Of a DNA stretch of 64,000 nt, positions 1 to 10,820 are shown piece by piece. Source of the stretch: Haliotis rufescens (taxonomy: Eukaryota); assembly GCF_023055435.1 (NCBI RefSeq), contig NW_025964001.1:41416001-41480000 (forward strand). The letters are read 5' to 3'. Positions within the stretch are counted from its first letter, which is position 1. Every line of letters starts with the position of its first letter. The notes below the pieces were generated by a model. The model worked only from the letters and a program-made list of their open reading frames with translations. It was not told where the DNA came from and did no database searches. The position numbers were made by a program, and so were the translations under genes.

Positions 1-45
1 CTCCATATCCCCCGCTTCATCCTTGAAGACACAGACACTCATGGC

Positions 46-270
46 ATGTCTACTACGGTCGTCTCCCCAGAGATTGACAGTGACGTTTCTACTCTGTCTC
101 AGAAGCGCTCAACCTCGTCTTACGTGGTTGAAGATCGGGACCTAACGCACTTAGATACCACAGTCCGCCGTACCCTCCCACTCGTGTCTACTATTTTGTC
201 AGCCATGGACGCACTCTCCGTCTCTCTCTCCACTCATTCCCAAGAAGATGCCTTTACTCGGGGATTAATC
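46..270 (+). pseudogene. gag-like ORF1 of DIRS-C, 5' piece (continues at 10541)
   Basis: SSYVVEDRDLTHLDTTVRRTLPLVSTILSAMDALSV aligns with DIRS-H gag SKILVEERHLESIDTAVRHQLQPPAMLSTAIEALSV. Removing element A restores the frame ...RGLI|NLTQDKLMQILDLLTHHAGSMTALR. Confidence 0.8.
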
Positions 271-575
271 TAAAAGTTAAACGAGACTTACCTGTAAGTT
301 GAAGGTTGACTGTGGTTCTATCAGCTAATCTTAAGTAATGGAGGGATTACATGAGATTGCAATGCGCATGCGCGAGTCAGACTTTAAAGTACGAGTGTGT
401 ATCAGTAATATTACTTATACCCAGAAAAAAGGGTGGGAATCCACGGGAGGGCATGTAATCCCTCCATTACTTAAGATTAGCTGATAGAACCACAGTCAAC
501 CTTCAACTAACAGGTAAGTCTCGTTTAACTTTTAGATTCTATCAGCTAATCACGTAATGTTCGAGATTCCATAAG
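267..575 (-). repeat. 3' terminal structure of DIRS-A (right ITR + extension and internal complementary region)
   Basis: 267-353 is an almost perfect inverted repeat of 452-538. 537-571 is the reverse complement of the element's other end (~10505-10540). Confidence 0.92.
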
Positions 576-834
576 ATTTTAAAGACTGATATACACTCGT
601 ATGAGCTGGGAATACACCATAAGTGGAAACCTTTATTCCAAATATGAAATAAGAATGGCAATGTTCAAAAGAGTTTTTATTGTTAAATGTATTGTTCTCA
701 AATACAATGACAGTGAAGGTAGCTACCCTTGACAATATAACCATCATAAGTCGCACATAAGCATTGTGTACACTGACTTAAAAGTACATTGCATTGACTG
801 ACAAGTCCTGCCAGCTTTTCCAACCCAGCAATAT

Positions 835-1794
835 TTACTCAATCACACTGCCCAACACTGCTGATTCAAACAGACCTCTGTCCCTTACAATAGGCTTGTG
901 ATAGAATGTGGCAAATGTTCTCTCTGATGACCAGTCAGCCTTTTCCAAAATGTTTGAAATGGGTACAGATGCACACCTCGCTGCAGAGGTGGAGGCAGCA
1001 CGAACACTATGAGCTTTAAATACCTGAATGTCCACACCAGACTTATGAAGTCCGAGTTTTGTCCATCTCGACAGTGTGTCTCTTGACACTGCATTGTGAG
1101 GCCTAATGTAAGTTATAAATAGTTGTGTAACCGATCCTCTGATGCTCTCAGTTCTGCTGAGGTAACACTTCAAAGTGTTCAGTGGGCAAAGTGACTCGTC
1201 ATGAGAATAGGCCCTGACTTCAACTGGTTTAGGCAATCTACCTGGTCTAGACTGCTTGACTAATTTGTCAATATGAAATGTAAACAAAGTATCATCCTGA
1301 CTCCTTGTCATAAGGTCTATATCTAACAAGTGTAAGGTCTGACCTCTCTGGGCAGACACTAATGAAAGCAACAATACTAACTTGATAGTCAAATCCTTTA
1401 AAGATAAATCTTTCAGCGGTGTAAGCTTCTGAACAAAACACAAAACATCTGTCACACTCCACATCTCTGTATAACGTGGTTTTGGTGGCAACATCTCGAA
1501 AACACCCTTCAGAGACCGACACACTACAGGGTGTGATCCACAAGGTCTATCGTCCAAATCAATAAATGTTGATAACACACATCGTGCTGTGTGTATAGAA
1601 CTGTAACCAAGTTTTTGGTTCAATAAACACATAAAAAAGTCCAACACCTGTCCTAGATGTGGTCTAGTAAAATCAATTTCCCTTTCACAACAAAAGAGTC
1701 TCCATTTCCGGATATATGTAGCTTCCTGGTGCCAGAACGCCACGAACTGATGATGACACTGGTTGCATCCGAAGAAATGCCTCTGTCTGCGCAT
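835..1794 (-). CDS. Tyrosine recombinase (integrase) of DIRS-A
   Basis: Catalytic motifs SAQRGQ (R), LCPLNTL, HSVR (H-x-x-R), ADW and TFYHK (Y). Overlaps the RH/MT ORF as usual in DIRS. True N-terminus uncertain. Confidence 0.88.
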   Translation of the reverse strand: MRRQRHFFGCNQCHHQFVAFWHQEATYIRKWRLFCCEREIDFTRPHLGQVLDFFMCLLNQKLGYSSIHTARCVLSTFIDLDDRPCGSHPVVCRSLKGVFEMLPPKPRYTEMWSVTDVLCFVQKLTPLKDLSLKDLTIKLVLLLSLVSAQRGQTLHLLDIDLMTRSQDDTLFTFHIDKLVKQSRPGRLPKPVEVRAYSHDESLCPLNTLKCYLSRTESIRGSVTQLFITYIRPHNAVSRDTLSRWTKLGLHKSGVDIQVFKAHSVRAASTSAARCASVPISNILEKADWSSERTFATFYHKPIVRDRGLFESAVLGSVIE

Positions 1795-2695
1795 ATTTGC
1801 CGGAGAGTAGGAAAGCTGTCAGATTCAGTCTCTTTCCTAGCGGGTGAACCTTCCCGTCCAGTGACGTCACCACAGTCTTCCCTTTGGGCAACTTGACAGG
1901 CCTACAACAGATCATTTTGATTAATTGCGAAAACCATGACTGGGTTGACCGTAGTGGAGCAATAACAAGCGCATCTGCTTTATCTGACTGTATTTTCTGC
2001 AAGCACTTAGACAAGAGACAAAAAGGTGGGAAGCAATAAATGAGCTCTTTTGACCATGACAAACTGAAAGCATCTACAGCTTCGGCTTCAGGCTCTGGCC
2101 GCCAACTGACAAAACGTGGAAGCTTCGTGTTTAAACGTGAAGCAAACATATCTATGGCTGGATTCACACCAAAGTGTTCAAGGATTTTCTGAAACACAGT
2201 TTTGTCCAAAGACCTCTCAGTTCGCTCAGAAAAATTTCTTGACGCTCTGTCAGCTTCAACATTTGTCAGTCCCGGCACATGAGCCACTGTCAACCACACA
2301 CTATGTTCTATACACCAGAACCAAATTTCCCTTGCAAGATCATTACAAACTTTAGATTTTGAACCTTCCATAGCTTTTAAGTAAGCCACTGCTGTAGTAT
2401 TATCACATAAAATGTGGACATGTTTTCCTTGAAATGACTCAGTCAGGGAGAAAGCTTGAAGGGCTAGATAGACAGCTTTCATTTCCAAGGCATTAATATG
2501 GAGCTGCTTCTCCTGGAGTGACCAACGCCCTCCTATAGACTTCTTGTTATTACAAGCCCCCCATCCTAATAGACTAGCATCAGTACTAATTTCCATATCT
2601 GGCTCGGAGGAAGTTGTAATGTGTTTCTCAGCACCCATGGCATTGTCCTTCCACCATTTTATTTCCTGCTTAGCATCCTCTGATAATACCACCAT
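1685..2695 (-). CDS. RNase H + DIRS methyltransferase-like domain of DIRS-A pol (frameshifted from RT part)
   Basis: RNase H: STDASLLGWG, HINALEMKAV, CDNTTAVAY, HVPGLTNVEADRASR. MT: IDMFASRLN, DAFSLSW, YCFPPF. Confidence 0.9.
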   Translation of the reverse strand: MVVLSEDAKQEIKWWKDNAMGAEKHITTSSEPDMEISTDASLLGWGACNNKKSIGGRWSLQEKQLHINALEMKAVYLALQAFSLTESFQGKHVHILCDNTTAVAYLKAMEGSKSKVCNDLAREIWFWCIEHSVWLTVAHVPGLTNVEADRASRNFSERTERSLDKTVFQKILEHFGVNPAIDMFASRLNTKLPRFVSWRPEPEAEAVDAFSLSWSKELIYCFPPFCLLSKCLQKIQSDKADALVIAPLRSTQSWFSQLIKMICCRPVKLPKGKTVVTSLDGKVHPLGKRLNLTAFLLSGKYAQTEAFLRMQPVSSSVRGVLAPGSYIYPEMETLLL

Positions 2696-2720
2696 CGTAT
2701 CAAGTCACCATAATTATCCG

Positions 2721-3038
2721 TTATGCCTCCGTTTTTTCCCTATCTAGTTGTCTGTAGTGCAGTGGTCCGAAAATGACAGCATGGAATGTGCTTACAAATA
2801 GACCTAGCAACTGAGCCACTGTCCTTACAGAACATTGTTGCTGAGTCAAAACTAAATTACATTTAGTTTGGATAGCCTGAGCTTTGTCATCTGGTAAAGC
2901 CAGTGTCATTTTCTCTGAGTCAATGTGGAAACCAAGAAATTTTATTCTAGTAGATGGTTCTAAAACAGATTTCTCAAAATTAACTGTAAAGCCAAGTGAA
3001 CTGAAGGCTCTTGACATTTCACATACTGAAACTGAACA
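2721..3038 (-). pseudogene. Reverse transcriptase of DIRS-A, C-terminal piece
   Basis: LGFTVNFEKSVLEPSTRIKFLGFHIDS. Joins in frame to 8388 when element B is excised. Confidence 0.9.
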
Positions 3039-3592
3039 ATTACATTAAGTAATACGTTACCACTGTTATACCGAGGCTGTTGTCTCCCACAACTGCTGCT
3101 ATAGCGAAATCTACCACAGAGATCTCAATTACCTCATGCAGCACATGCGTAGCCACCTAGCTGCCATGTGACACCCTTCACTCTTGTCTCTTCGCTTGCT
3201 CTAGCAAGACGTACAATAAACTGCTCAAGCGTTCCTGTTTCTCCGACCATTCGGTGATATTTATTACTGTTTATTCTCTTTAATAAACTGTGCTTTTACG
3301 GGGCGTTTGCTGTAACTACGCTTGGAAATATTTTTCCCGCCAAAAGGAAATATTTTTCCCGCCCTTTTTTTTTTCTATATACTTGCGGGGTGTCTCGTAT
3401 GCACGTTGCGTCTTACGTTCCCCTGTTCTAGTATATCTTGGGTTTTTTACATCACTTATTCCTCTATATGTTATATGTGTATGTTCTATATTCCCATTGC
3501 TCGTTTATTTTCTTGTGAAAATACTCGTTTGTGACTATTTGTGGTGCGTGTGTTGTAACCATGTTTTGCTCTTTGTTCATAGTACAAACAAA

Positions 3593-4697
3593 ATGTCTGA
3601 CATGGATGTTTCGCCGTCCTCCACCCCCTCTACCCCCACACCAGGAGCTGCGGGGTGTGCCGCAAGCGAGCGCTACCGGCTGTATGTGCAGTCCGTTTCC
3701 ACCCCTGTGGTGGCCGGCTCGTCCGGTCGGGGTCCCCTTGCGGGTACCACCACCACGGCTGCGGCGGATCCCTTGGCGGCCCGTGGGCTGTCCGGGGTTT
3801 AGCTTGTGGACTCCAAGCTGGCGGCCTTATCTCAGGATAGGCCGCTGGCTGTTCCGTCCCCGGCCACTTCGGTGGCCGCGGGGTCAGACGCAGGGTCAAC
3901 CGGTACGGCGACGGCTCCCGTGGTCACCGGTCCTTCCCCCGAACCATTGCTCCCGCTATCGGTTAAGGACTGCGTGGCCATGGTTTATGACCTCTTTGAG
4001 GACATGCCCCGGCCGGTACCGCGGGGAATCCACGACTGTGGGTTCCTCCGAGGTATACGATGAGTCTTCCGACGCGGCTTTCCCCGCATCAACCTTGCTG
4101 CGCGGTATCAAGCCTTCCTTGGAGAACGCCTTCGCGGCGGCCTCCGGTCGGGGTCTCCCGTTGCCTCCGACGTCTTTTGAGAAAGGGTTTATTCCCGGTA
4201 CATGACCTTGCCTTTCCCGAGGCTGGTCCTACCGCGGAGGCCCATGTTGAGCGGTTGGGTGTCCGTGCCCCACCGGCTGCTACGGTAACGCAAGCTACCT
4301 TGCACCAGCTGGACGCCCTCGCTCAGCACTCCATGTCTCACGGAGACACTTACTTGGCTGCAGCGGCCCGTCTGGTCGAAGGTTCTCCCACGGACCGTGA
4401 CCAGCGCATTTACAACTGCCTGCTCAGTTTAAATGTTTCCCTGGAGTACGTTGCCGAGGACTCTCGGCACACACTTGCTCTTGTTGGGTCCCTGCATAGG
4501 CGCCTGGGTGCCGCTCCTAACCGGAGCGCGCCCCAGGCTGCTGCGGCCGGTAGGTCTAAGGGGTCAGGTTCTTCTTCCTCTGGGAAGTAGCCCCGCCCTG
4601 AGGGCTCCGGTATGGGCAATCAGCTGCCCTTTCGCGGGAAGACGGGGAACTGGGGGAAGCCCAAGTCGTCGACGGACGGCAAGGGCCCCTCCAGGTG
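3593..4697 (+). pseudogene. gag-like ORF1 of DIRS-B (stops/frameshifts)
   Basis: Starts MSDMDV at 3593; low-complexity P/A/S region; basic C-terminus; position between left ITR and pol. Confidence 0.7.
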
Positions 4698-4789
4698 ACT
4701 CTCATTGGAGGGGTTCGTATGCCGACAGCGCCAACTTCGGTTGGCCCTTAGGCGAACCCGAGTCACTTGGCCCTGGACAGTTGCGCCTG

Positions 4790-6475
4790 CCGCAGCCTGT
4801 CAGGGCCCCCTCTCCTTCCCCAGTGGGAGCCAGACTCCAGACTTACTGGGAGAATTGGGAACAAGTGTTCGACGACCCGTGGGTGGTCAACACGATTCGG
4901 TACGGCTTTCGACTTGATCTCAAAGCGAATCCGCCGCTCACCGTTGCCCCGTTGGCAGGTTTCGATTCGGAAACCGATCTTCCCATCCACGCCGATGCCA
5001 TCGGCAGGTTGGTGGAGAAGGGGCAGTACGGGAGTTAGCTCTACCAGAAATAACACCGGGGTTTTACTCCAGGATATTTCTCGTTCCCAAGTAGGACAGT
5101 GCCGAACTCAGAATGATTCACACGTCCGCTCCCTGGCTGTTCACCCGGTTAACCACCCCCATAGTGGGGTTCCTCCACAGGAGGGGTGTCCGGTACTTCG
5201 CGTAACTGGACGACTCGCTAGTAGCAAATCGAATGATGGACATCCTGTCATGCCATCTCGTTTTCGCACGTCGGCTCGTTGGGGTGGATTATCAATCTCC
5301 CCAAGAGCGAGTTAACCCCTTCTCAGAACTTGCTGTTCATCGGAGGTCGGTTCAACACGGTGTCCCATCGCCTCTTTGTCCCCCCAGACCGGTGGCACAA
5401 GATTCAGGCGATGATTGCCAAAGTCTTAGCGGTGCAACAGACTGTTCACTTTTGGGAACAGCTGTTAGGGCTACTTGTATCAGCCCAGGACTGCACCGAA
5501 CGGGGTCGTCTCCAACTCCGCCCGCTGTAACGGTTTTTAATCCAGTTGTTAGCAACGGAGGTGAACATTGCGACCGTCTCCCTCCCGGATCGGCTCCGAC
5601 CGCATCTGGAGTGGTGGATGGTCCCTTACAATGTCTTATCAGGAGTCTCTATGCGGCCCTACCGGGCCACGTTGAACCTGTATACAGACGCCTCTCTAGT
5701 GGGCTGGGGCGCCCATCTAGAGGGGGAGGTGAGCTCGGGGCTGTTGTGCGTAGACGAACTAGGTCTTCACATCAATTGTCTCGAGTTCAAGGCAGTGATC
5801 AACGCAGTCAATCACTGGAAGCATCGTCTCCTCGACGCCCGGCTCATGCTGGCGACCGACAACACGACGGTAGTGTTCTATGTGAACAAACTGGGGGGAA
5901 CCCACAGTCACTCGCTACTCGATCTCACGTTCGAGTTTTACGCTCTGGTGGACAGTGTCCCGTGCCAGATACGCGCCCGTCACATCCCAGGTGTGCGGAA
6001 CGTACTAGCCGATGCTCTATCGAGGCCTCAGGATCCGAGCCCCACAGAGTGGATGCTGAACCCAGTAGTGTTTCAGTGGCTGTGCGAACGTTTGGGTCGT
6101 CCGATGGTCGACCTGCTCGCAACGCGGTTCAACAATCAACTCCCGTTGTTTGTATCACCAGTCCCGGACCCGAGGGCCATCGATCACGATGCTCTCGCGT
6201 TAGACTGGACAGGCTTGGACGCTTATGCTTACCCGCCGACAGCGTTGAAACCACACATTCTAAGCTAGCTCTGAGGAGTTCGCTGTCGAATGTTACTGAT
6301 CGCGCCCATGTGGCCGAACAGATCGTGGTACCCTGACTTGCTGACCCAGGTCACGCAGTCACCACTTCCACTGCCTGTGAGACCGGATCTCTTGATCCAC
6401 CCTCACACCTGTCAGCTTCATCCAAACGCAGGGCAGTTCAATCTGCACGCGTGGATGTTGTCACCGAGCGTCTGA
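4790..6475 (+). pseudogene. pol (RT-RH-MT) of DIRS-B, disrupted
   Basis: PVGARLQTYW; internal RT deletion (LRMIH|TSAPWLFT); YLDD mutated to *LDD; YTDASLVGWG; VDLLATRFN; YAYPPT. Confidence 0.88.
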
Positions 6476-7461
6476 GGAGTAAAGGTTTTTCTCGCCGGGC
6501 GTCTCGGGCATACGTTAGTATGCATCGTGATTCTACCCAGAAGGTGTATAATGCACGTTGGGTTATTTTCACGAAGTGGTGTTGTAAACATCACATTCAT
6601 TCGCCAGATAAGGTATATGTGCAGGATATTGCTCGTTTCATGTCTCACTTGCGAGAGACCCGGAAACTCTCCGGGGGTTCCATTGCCAACTATGTCTCGT
6701 CCGTTGCTACGGTAAGGGACGTTGTTATGTGTACCAGTCTCTCCAAAGAGCCGGTGATACGGGGTATTATCAAGGGTTTCAAACAGCACGATCTTAAAAA
6801 GGGCCGCCTTCGGGCACCGGCCTGGGATCTTTCCCTAGTGTTGCAATCACTTACGGAAGCTCCGTATGAACCCTTGCTTAGTGCTTCGTTCCGGCATGTG
6901 ACTTGGAAAACAGCATTTCTCCTCTCCTTTGCCACGGCGGCACGTGTATCCGAAATTCATGCACTCGATGTCGCCAAGGTACGATTCGATAGGGGTGACG
7001 AAGGAGCGGTCCGCCTGGGCCTGCTCATGAGCTTCGTCGCCAAGAATCAGAGAGTCGGGCAAACGGAGAGAGAATTCACTGTAAGATCCCTCAAAGAAAT
7101 CTTACATCCTGCTGATACTGAGGACAGAGCGCTGTGTCCGGTTAGGGCCCTTAAGTATTATCTTAAGGCTGCGAATGAACGTAGACAAGGGCGTGACCGT
7201 CTGTTCATATCGTGTAACCCTAATCGCACGGTTGACATAACTCGCAACTCGATTGCGTTGTGGCTTCGTTCTGTCATCAATCTGGCGCTAGCGGCAACAT
7301 TTGCCCTACACTCGAACATCTCTGTTCGCAGAATATTACGAGGTTGTTACTGGCGTTCTGACTCGGTTTTTGCCAATCATTACCTCAAACAGGTCGCTGA
7401 TGCCGTCGTGGAGAGTGTGCACCGTCTTGGGCCGCGGATCGCGGCGCAAGCGGGCACCTAA
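6451..7461 (+). pseudogene. Tyrosine recombinase of DIRS-B, open frame but H-x-x-R motif missing
   Basis: AARVSEIHAL, LCPVRAL and CYWRSDSVFANHY are present. The segment carrying HEVR in element H is absent (WLRSVINLA|LAATFAL), implying an in-frame deletion. Confidence 0.82.
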
Positions 7462-8387
7462 GGGGTGTGCCCAGCGCAATTCCGAACTCCTCAGGCGTCA
7501 GACCTTACACGGTGGTCAATCTGGGTCGACTCCAATGTTCCCACTGCCGTGGGTACAGGAGTTGGGGTCCCGCAAACCAGCGCACTCACACCACAGGTGA
7601 GGGCGGCTTTTTGTGTGCTCTGTCCTTATTTGTATTTTGACAATTATGTATTTAATTGTCTGTCGTGTATCCCAACCTTGTGATGCATGCTTACAAATAC
7701 TGGAATTAGGTCACGCGCCTCATGCATACTTTTAGTAGGCTTGCTCTGGGATATACGGTCTGAATGAAATTAATTTCCCTCTTTTCGACTGTTTAACCTG
7801 ATCTATGATTAAGCTCACGCGGATACAGTGTTCTCATCCGCTGCGGCGATGAAATACCTATCCAGTGGGGCCGTTTGGAGTCACCAATCGTTTTTGCAAT
7901 GACGACTGAGCCTTACGGTATGCGCTTGACAGTGCTTTGGTATTCCTATAGGGTAACGCCTAGCTAGGTGCATGCGCATCGAGTGCTTCCGCCTTGGTGT
8001 TTACTTCCGCTGGTCGGAAGAAACGCTAGCAGTCAGGATTCGGGTTGTAGGTGCTCCCCGCTGCCTACTGTGGTAGTCAGCCTCGGTATAACAGTGGTAA
8101 CGTATTACTTAATGTAATTTGTAGAATTTTCCTATTCGGAATATTCTATCAGTAATACGTTACCACTGGGCTGCTGCCCGCCCGTCCGTCCCCCGAGCAC
8201 TTGCTCTCGCAAGAGACAAGAGTGAAGGGTGTCACATGGCAGCTAGGTGGCTACGCACGTGCTGCATGAGGTAATTGAGATCTCTGTGGTAGATTTCGCT
8301 ATAGCAGCAGTTGTGGGAGACAACAGCCTCGGTATAACAGTGGTAACGTATTACTTATAGAATATTCCGAATAGGAAAATTCTACAA

Positions 8388-9212
8388 GTTTTCTTTTTCT
8401 GTTGCTTGAGTGAAAGAATCGTCAATATATCCGAGGCACTGATTACCTTGACACCTGAGATAGGAATAGACTGGTTTCAGTATCTTAGTGAATACACGAG
8501 GGGCACAAGCTAAGCCATTCGGCATACATGTAAATTGATAGAGACCATTTCCTCATCTAAACCTGAGATACTTTCTGTGTGCAACATGGACATTTACTGA
8601 ATAGTAGGCATTTGTCAAATCTATGGATGTCATGTAGACATTTGGAGTGATCATGTCCAACACATTCTGCAAGCTTTCCATTTTAAAGTGGTGATATTGA
8701 ACATATTCATTGAGCTGTTTCAAATTTAATATTAGTCTGTATTTTGCACTACTCTTCTTTCTAATAAAAATATTTGAAACAAACTGATCAGCAGTCTCCT
8801 CTGCTGGTTCAATAACATTTTGTTTGAGTAAGATTTGAATTTCTTCACTAATGATAGCACTTTCTTGTAGATTAAATCTAATTTGATGAGGTTCAAACAA
8901 TTGTTTTGGCTTTTCAATAAAGTCAATTCTGAGACCCTCTATGACATTCAATATAAAAGGATCCTTTGTTAGTTTCTCCCACTCATGTAAACATGAAGAT
9001 AATCGACCAGCCATAAAATCAACATTTGAGCAGTCAGACATAGCAAGGTACTCACCTACCTGGCTATCATCTGTTGTCTGTGTACAGCCATCTATTGCTT
9101 GGCCGACTTTCCCCCTCCTCTTTTTTCGGAGAACTTGTTCAAGCGGCCTCTGCCGTTCCCTAAAAAAGGCGTACCATGGAAATATCTGCCTCTGCCACGG
9201 ACTCTCGCCCAT
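8388..9212 (-). pseudogene. Reverse transcriptase of DIRS-A, N-terminal piece
   Basis: AGRLSSCLHEW, SNIFIRKK, YRLILNLKQLN, SIDLTNAYY, then TGA at 8553-8555, then YQFTCMPNGLACAPRVFTK...GYIDD. Confidence 0.92.
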
Positions 9213-10276
9213 CTATTACCACCATATGGATAGGGTTGATATCTGTGCCAACCTCGGCCTCTTCCATGTCCATAGCTAGTAGCCTTGTGACCAAGTCGAG
9301 TTGACATAGCAATGTCTATCAAGTGTTTGGCCACATCCTCCCCGAATAGGTAATCTGAACTTGTCGGAGCACTTGGGGTACACAGTGCACGATAGTGATC
9401 ATTCAACTGTGGTTTTATCAGTTCCTTCCTTCTGAGGTTTAATTCTCTATGGACATAAGCCAACATCGTAAGTGAGTCACTCAACTTGGAAACAATATCT
9501 CTGAACAAAGTGGCTGGCACCTCTTGCTTGTGAGCAATTAAACTGTTCAGTGTATTTGTCACTGCTATGGTCGACTTTATCATTCCACTCTGGACACGCT
9601 GCATTTTTATGTCCTTCGAACATGTGTCTGATTGCAGGGAATCCCATATTAGCTTGTTAATTTCAGGCGTGTTCAAATCCGAACAGTTAGCTGGCTTTTT
9701 CAGGTCTTTTAGTTTCTGTGCGATGACCGCATCATCAAACTTGGTAGTGAATACCTGATGAACCAATTCAGCCAGTTTGGTGTCAATTGGGTCCCCATCA
9801 GTCGTTGTTATCGGCAGAGTTTCTCTGATGAGGTTTACAACTTCTAAACCGGAAGGATCAGCACTGATTTCATCATGCGCATGCACGACTTCCTCTCCAC
9901 TAAGTAGTTCTGTTGCTATGTCAACAGTCCCCGTTTCGTAGATTTTTGCAGTATGTGCCTGACTTGGCGGAATATAATCATCATCATCATCCTCATAAAT
10001 AAAATTCTGCTCATCATCGTAAGCGTAATCTTGTGTAAGGGTGTCAATTCTGCCTTCAAAATCAGACATTCTCTTTTCCATGCGTTCGTTCATCTTGCGA
10101 AATTCGTCAAGCAAAGTCCCAGAAGCATCGGGCGCATGATGATGAGGGGAAGTATGATCTGCTTGAGAAGTGGCAGAAGCTGTCGATGTTGACGGTTTAG
10201 GGGATTTAGTGGCTTTTTGTTTCCCTTTAGAGGATTTAGACACACCCGCGTCGACAGGCCGGGGACTTTTCAACAC
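9092..10276 (-). CDS. gag-like ORF1 of DIRS-A (394 aa, open)
   Basis: Long ORF overlapping the pol start; PEINKLIW...DIKMQRVQ...ELNLRRKELIKP...LFG and an RG-rich tail, typical of DIRS ORF1. Confidence 0.85.
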   Translation of the reverse strand: MLKSPRPVDAGVSKSSKGKQKATKSPKPSTSTASATSQADHTSPHHHAPDASGTLLDEFRKMNERMEKRMSDFEGRIDTLTQDYAYDDEQNFIYEDDDDDYIPPSQAHTAKIYETGTVDIATELLSGEEVVHAHDEISADPSGLEVVNLIRETLPITTTDGDPIDTKLAELVHQVFTTKFDDAVIAQKLKDLKKPANCSDLNTPEINKLIWDSLQSDTCSKDIKMQRVQSGMIKSTIAVTNTLNSLIAHKQEVPATLFRDIVSKLSDSLTMLAYVHRELNLRRKELIKPQLNDHYRALCTPSAPTSSDYLFGEDVAKHLIDIAMSTRLGHKATSYGHGRGRGWHRYQPYPYGGNRWARVRGRGRYFHGTPFLGNGRGRLNKFSEKRGGGKSAKQ

Positions 10277-10820
10277 GGCCTCAGCAATTGTTTTGACTTG
10301 TGGAAAGTTCGAGCGTAATTTTACGCTTAGATCTACTTAGTAGCAAGTTAATAATAACTTTACTCTGTCTGATACTATGACCACACAGTGTGATTATACA
10401 CTGTCTGATAGCAAATGAGTTGAAAATTGTTCCAACTCTAAATGCGTCTGCACTCGCTAAAAGCGCGGTTTGCACTGACTCGCGCATGTGCATTGCAATC
10501 TCATGGAATATCGAACATTACGTGATTAGCTGATAGAATCAACCTTACACAAGACAAGCTTATGCAGATTTTGGACCTACTCACTCACCACGCCGGCTCC
10601 ATGACGGCTCTTCGTTGCAGTTTAAGGCCAAACTGTATCAGCAACCCTGGTCTTCCCGCTCCTTGTTTGCTGACGTGATACAACGGGTCGCACAGGACGT
10701 GCAGAGAGATTATAGCCTTCAGGTCACGGTGGACCTTCTACGTCTCCAGAAAAGACAATTGGAGGTTCAACAGAAAAAGGTCGCCAATATCCCAAATTTG
10801 TTCCTGCCCAGGGCGATTTA

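Larger units (their letters stand above)
3039..8387 (+). mobile_element. DIRS-type retrotransposon B, complete termini, inserted in RT of A
   Basis: ITRs 3046-3192 / 8211-8357 (one mismatch seen). ICR 8078-8168 spells the junction TTCTACAA|ATTACATT. Removing exactly 3039-8387 restores A's RT frame YIDDSFTQATEKEN|CSVSVCEMSRAF. Confidence 0.95.
267..10540 (-). mobile_element. DIRS-type retrotransposon A, near full-length, nested in gag of C and interrupted by B
   Basis: Order on - strand is gag, RT, RH/MT, YR. Left ITR ~10474-10540 is inverted to ~316-380. The ICR (452-575) copies both termini and spells the circle junction CTGATAG-AATC-TAAAAG. AATC is present at both ends (267-270 and 10537-10540). 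Confidence 0.93.

Noticed and set aside
835-2695. Phage integrase plus adenine methyltransferase as a prokaryotic island or novel system
   Set aside because: YR and MT-like domains are standard parts of DIRS elements and sit in the canonical gag-RT-RH-MT-YR layout with ITR/ICR.
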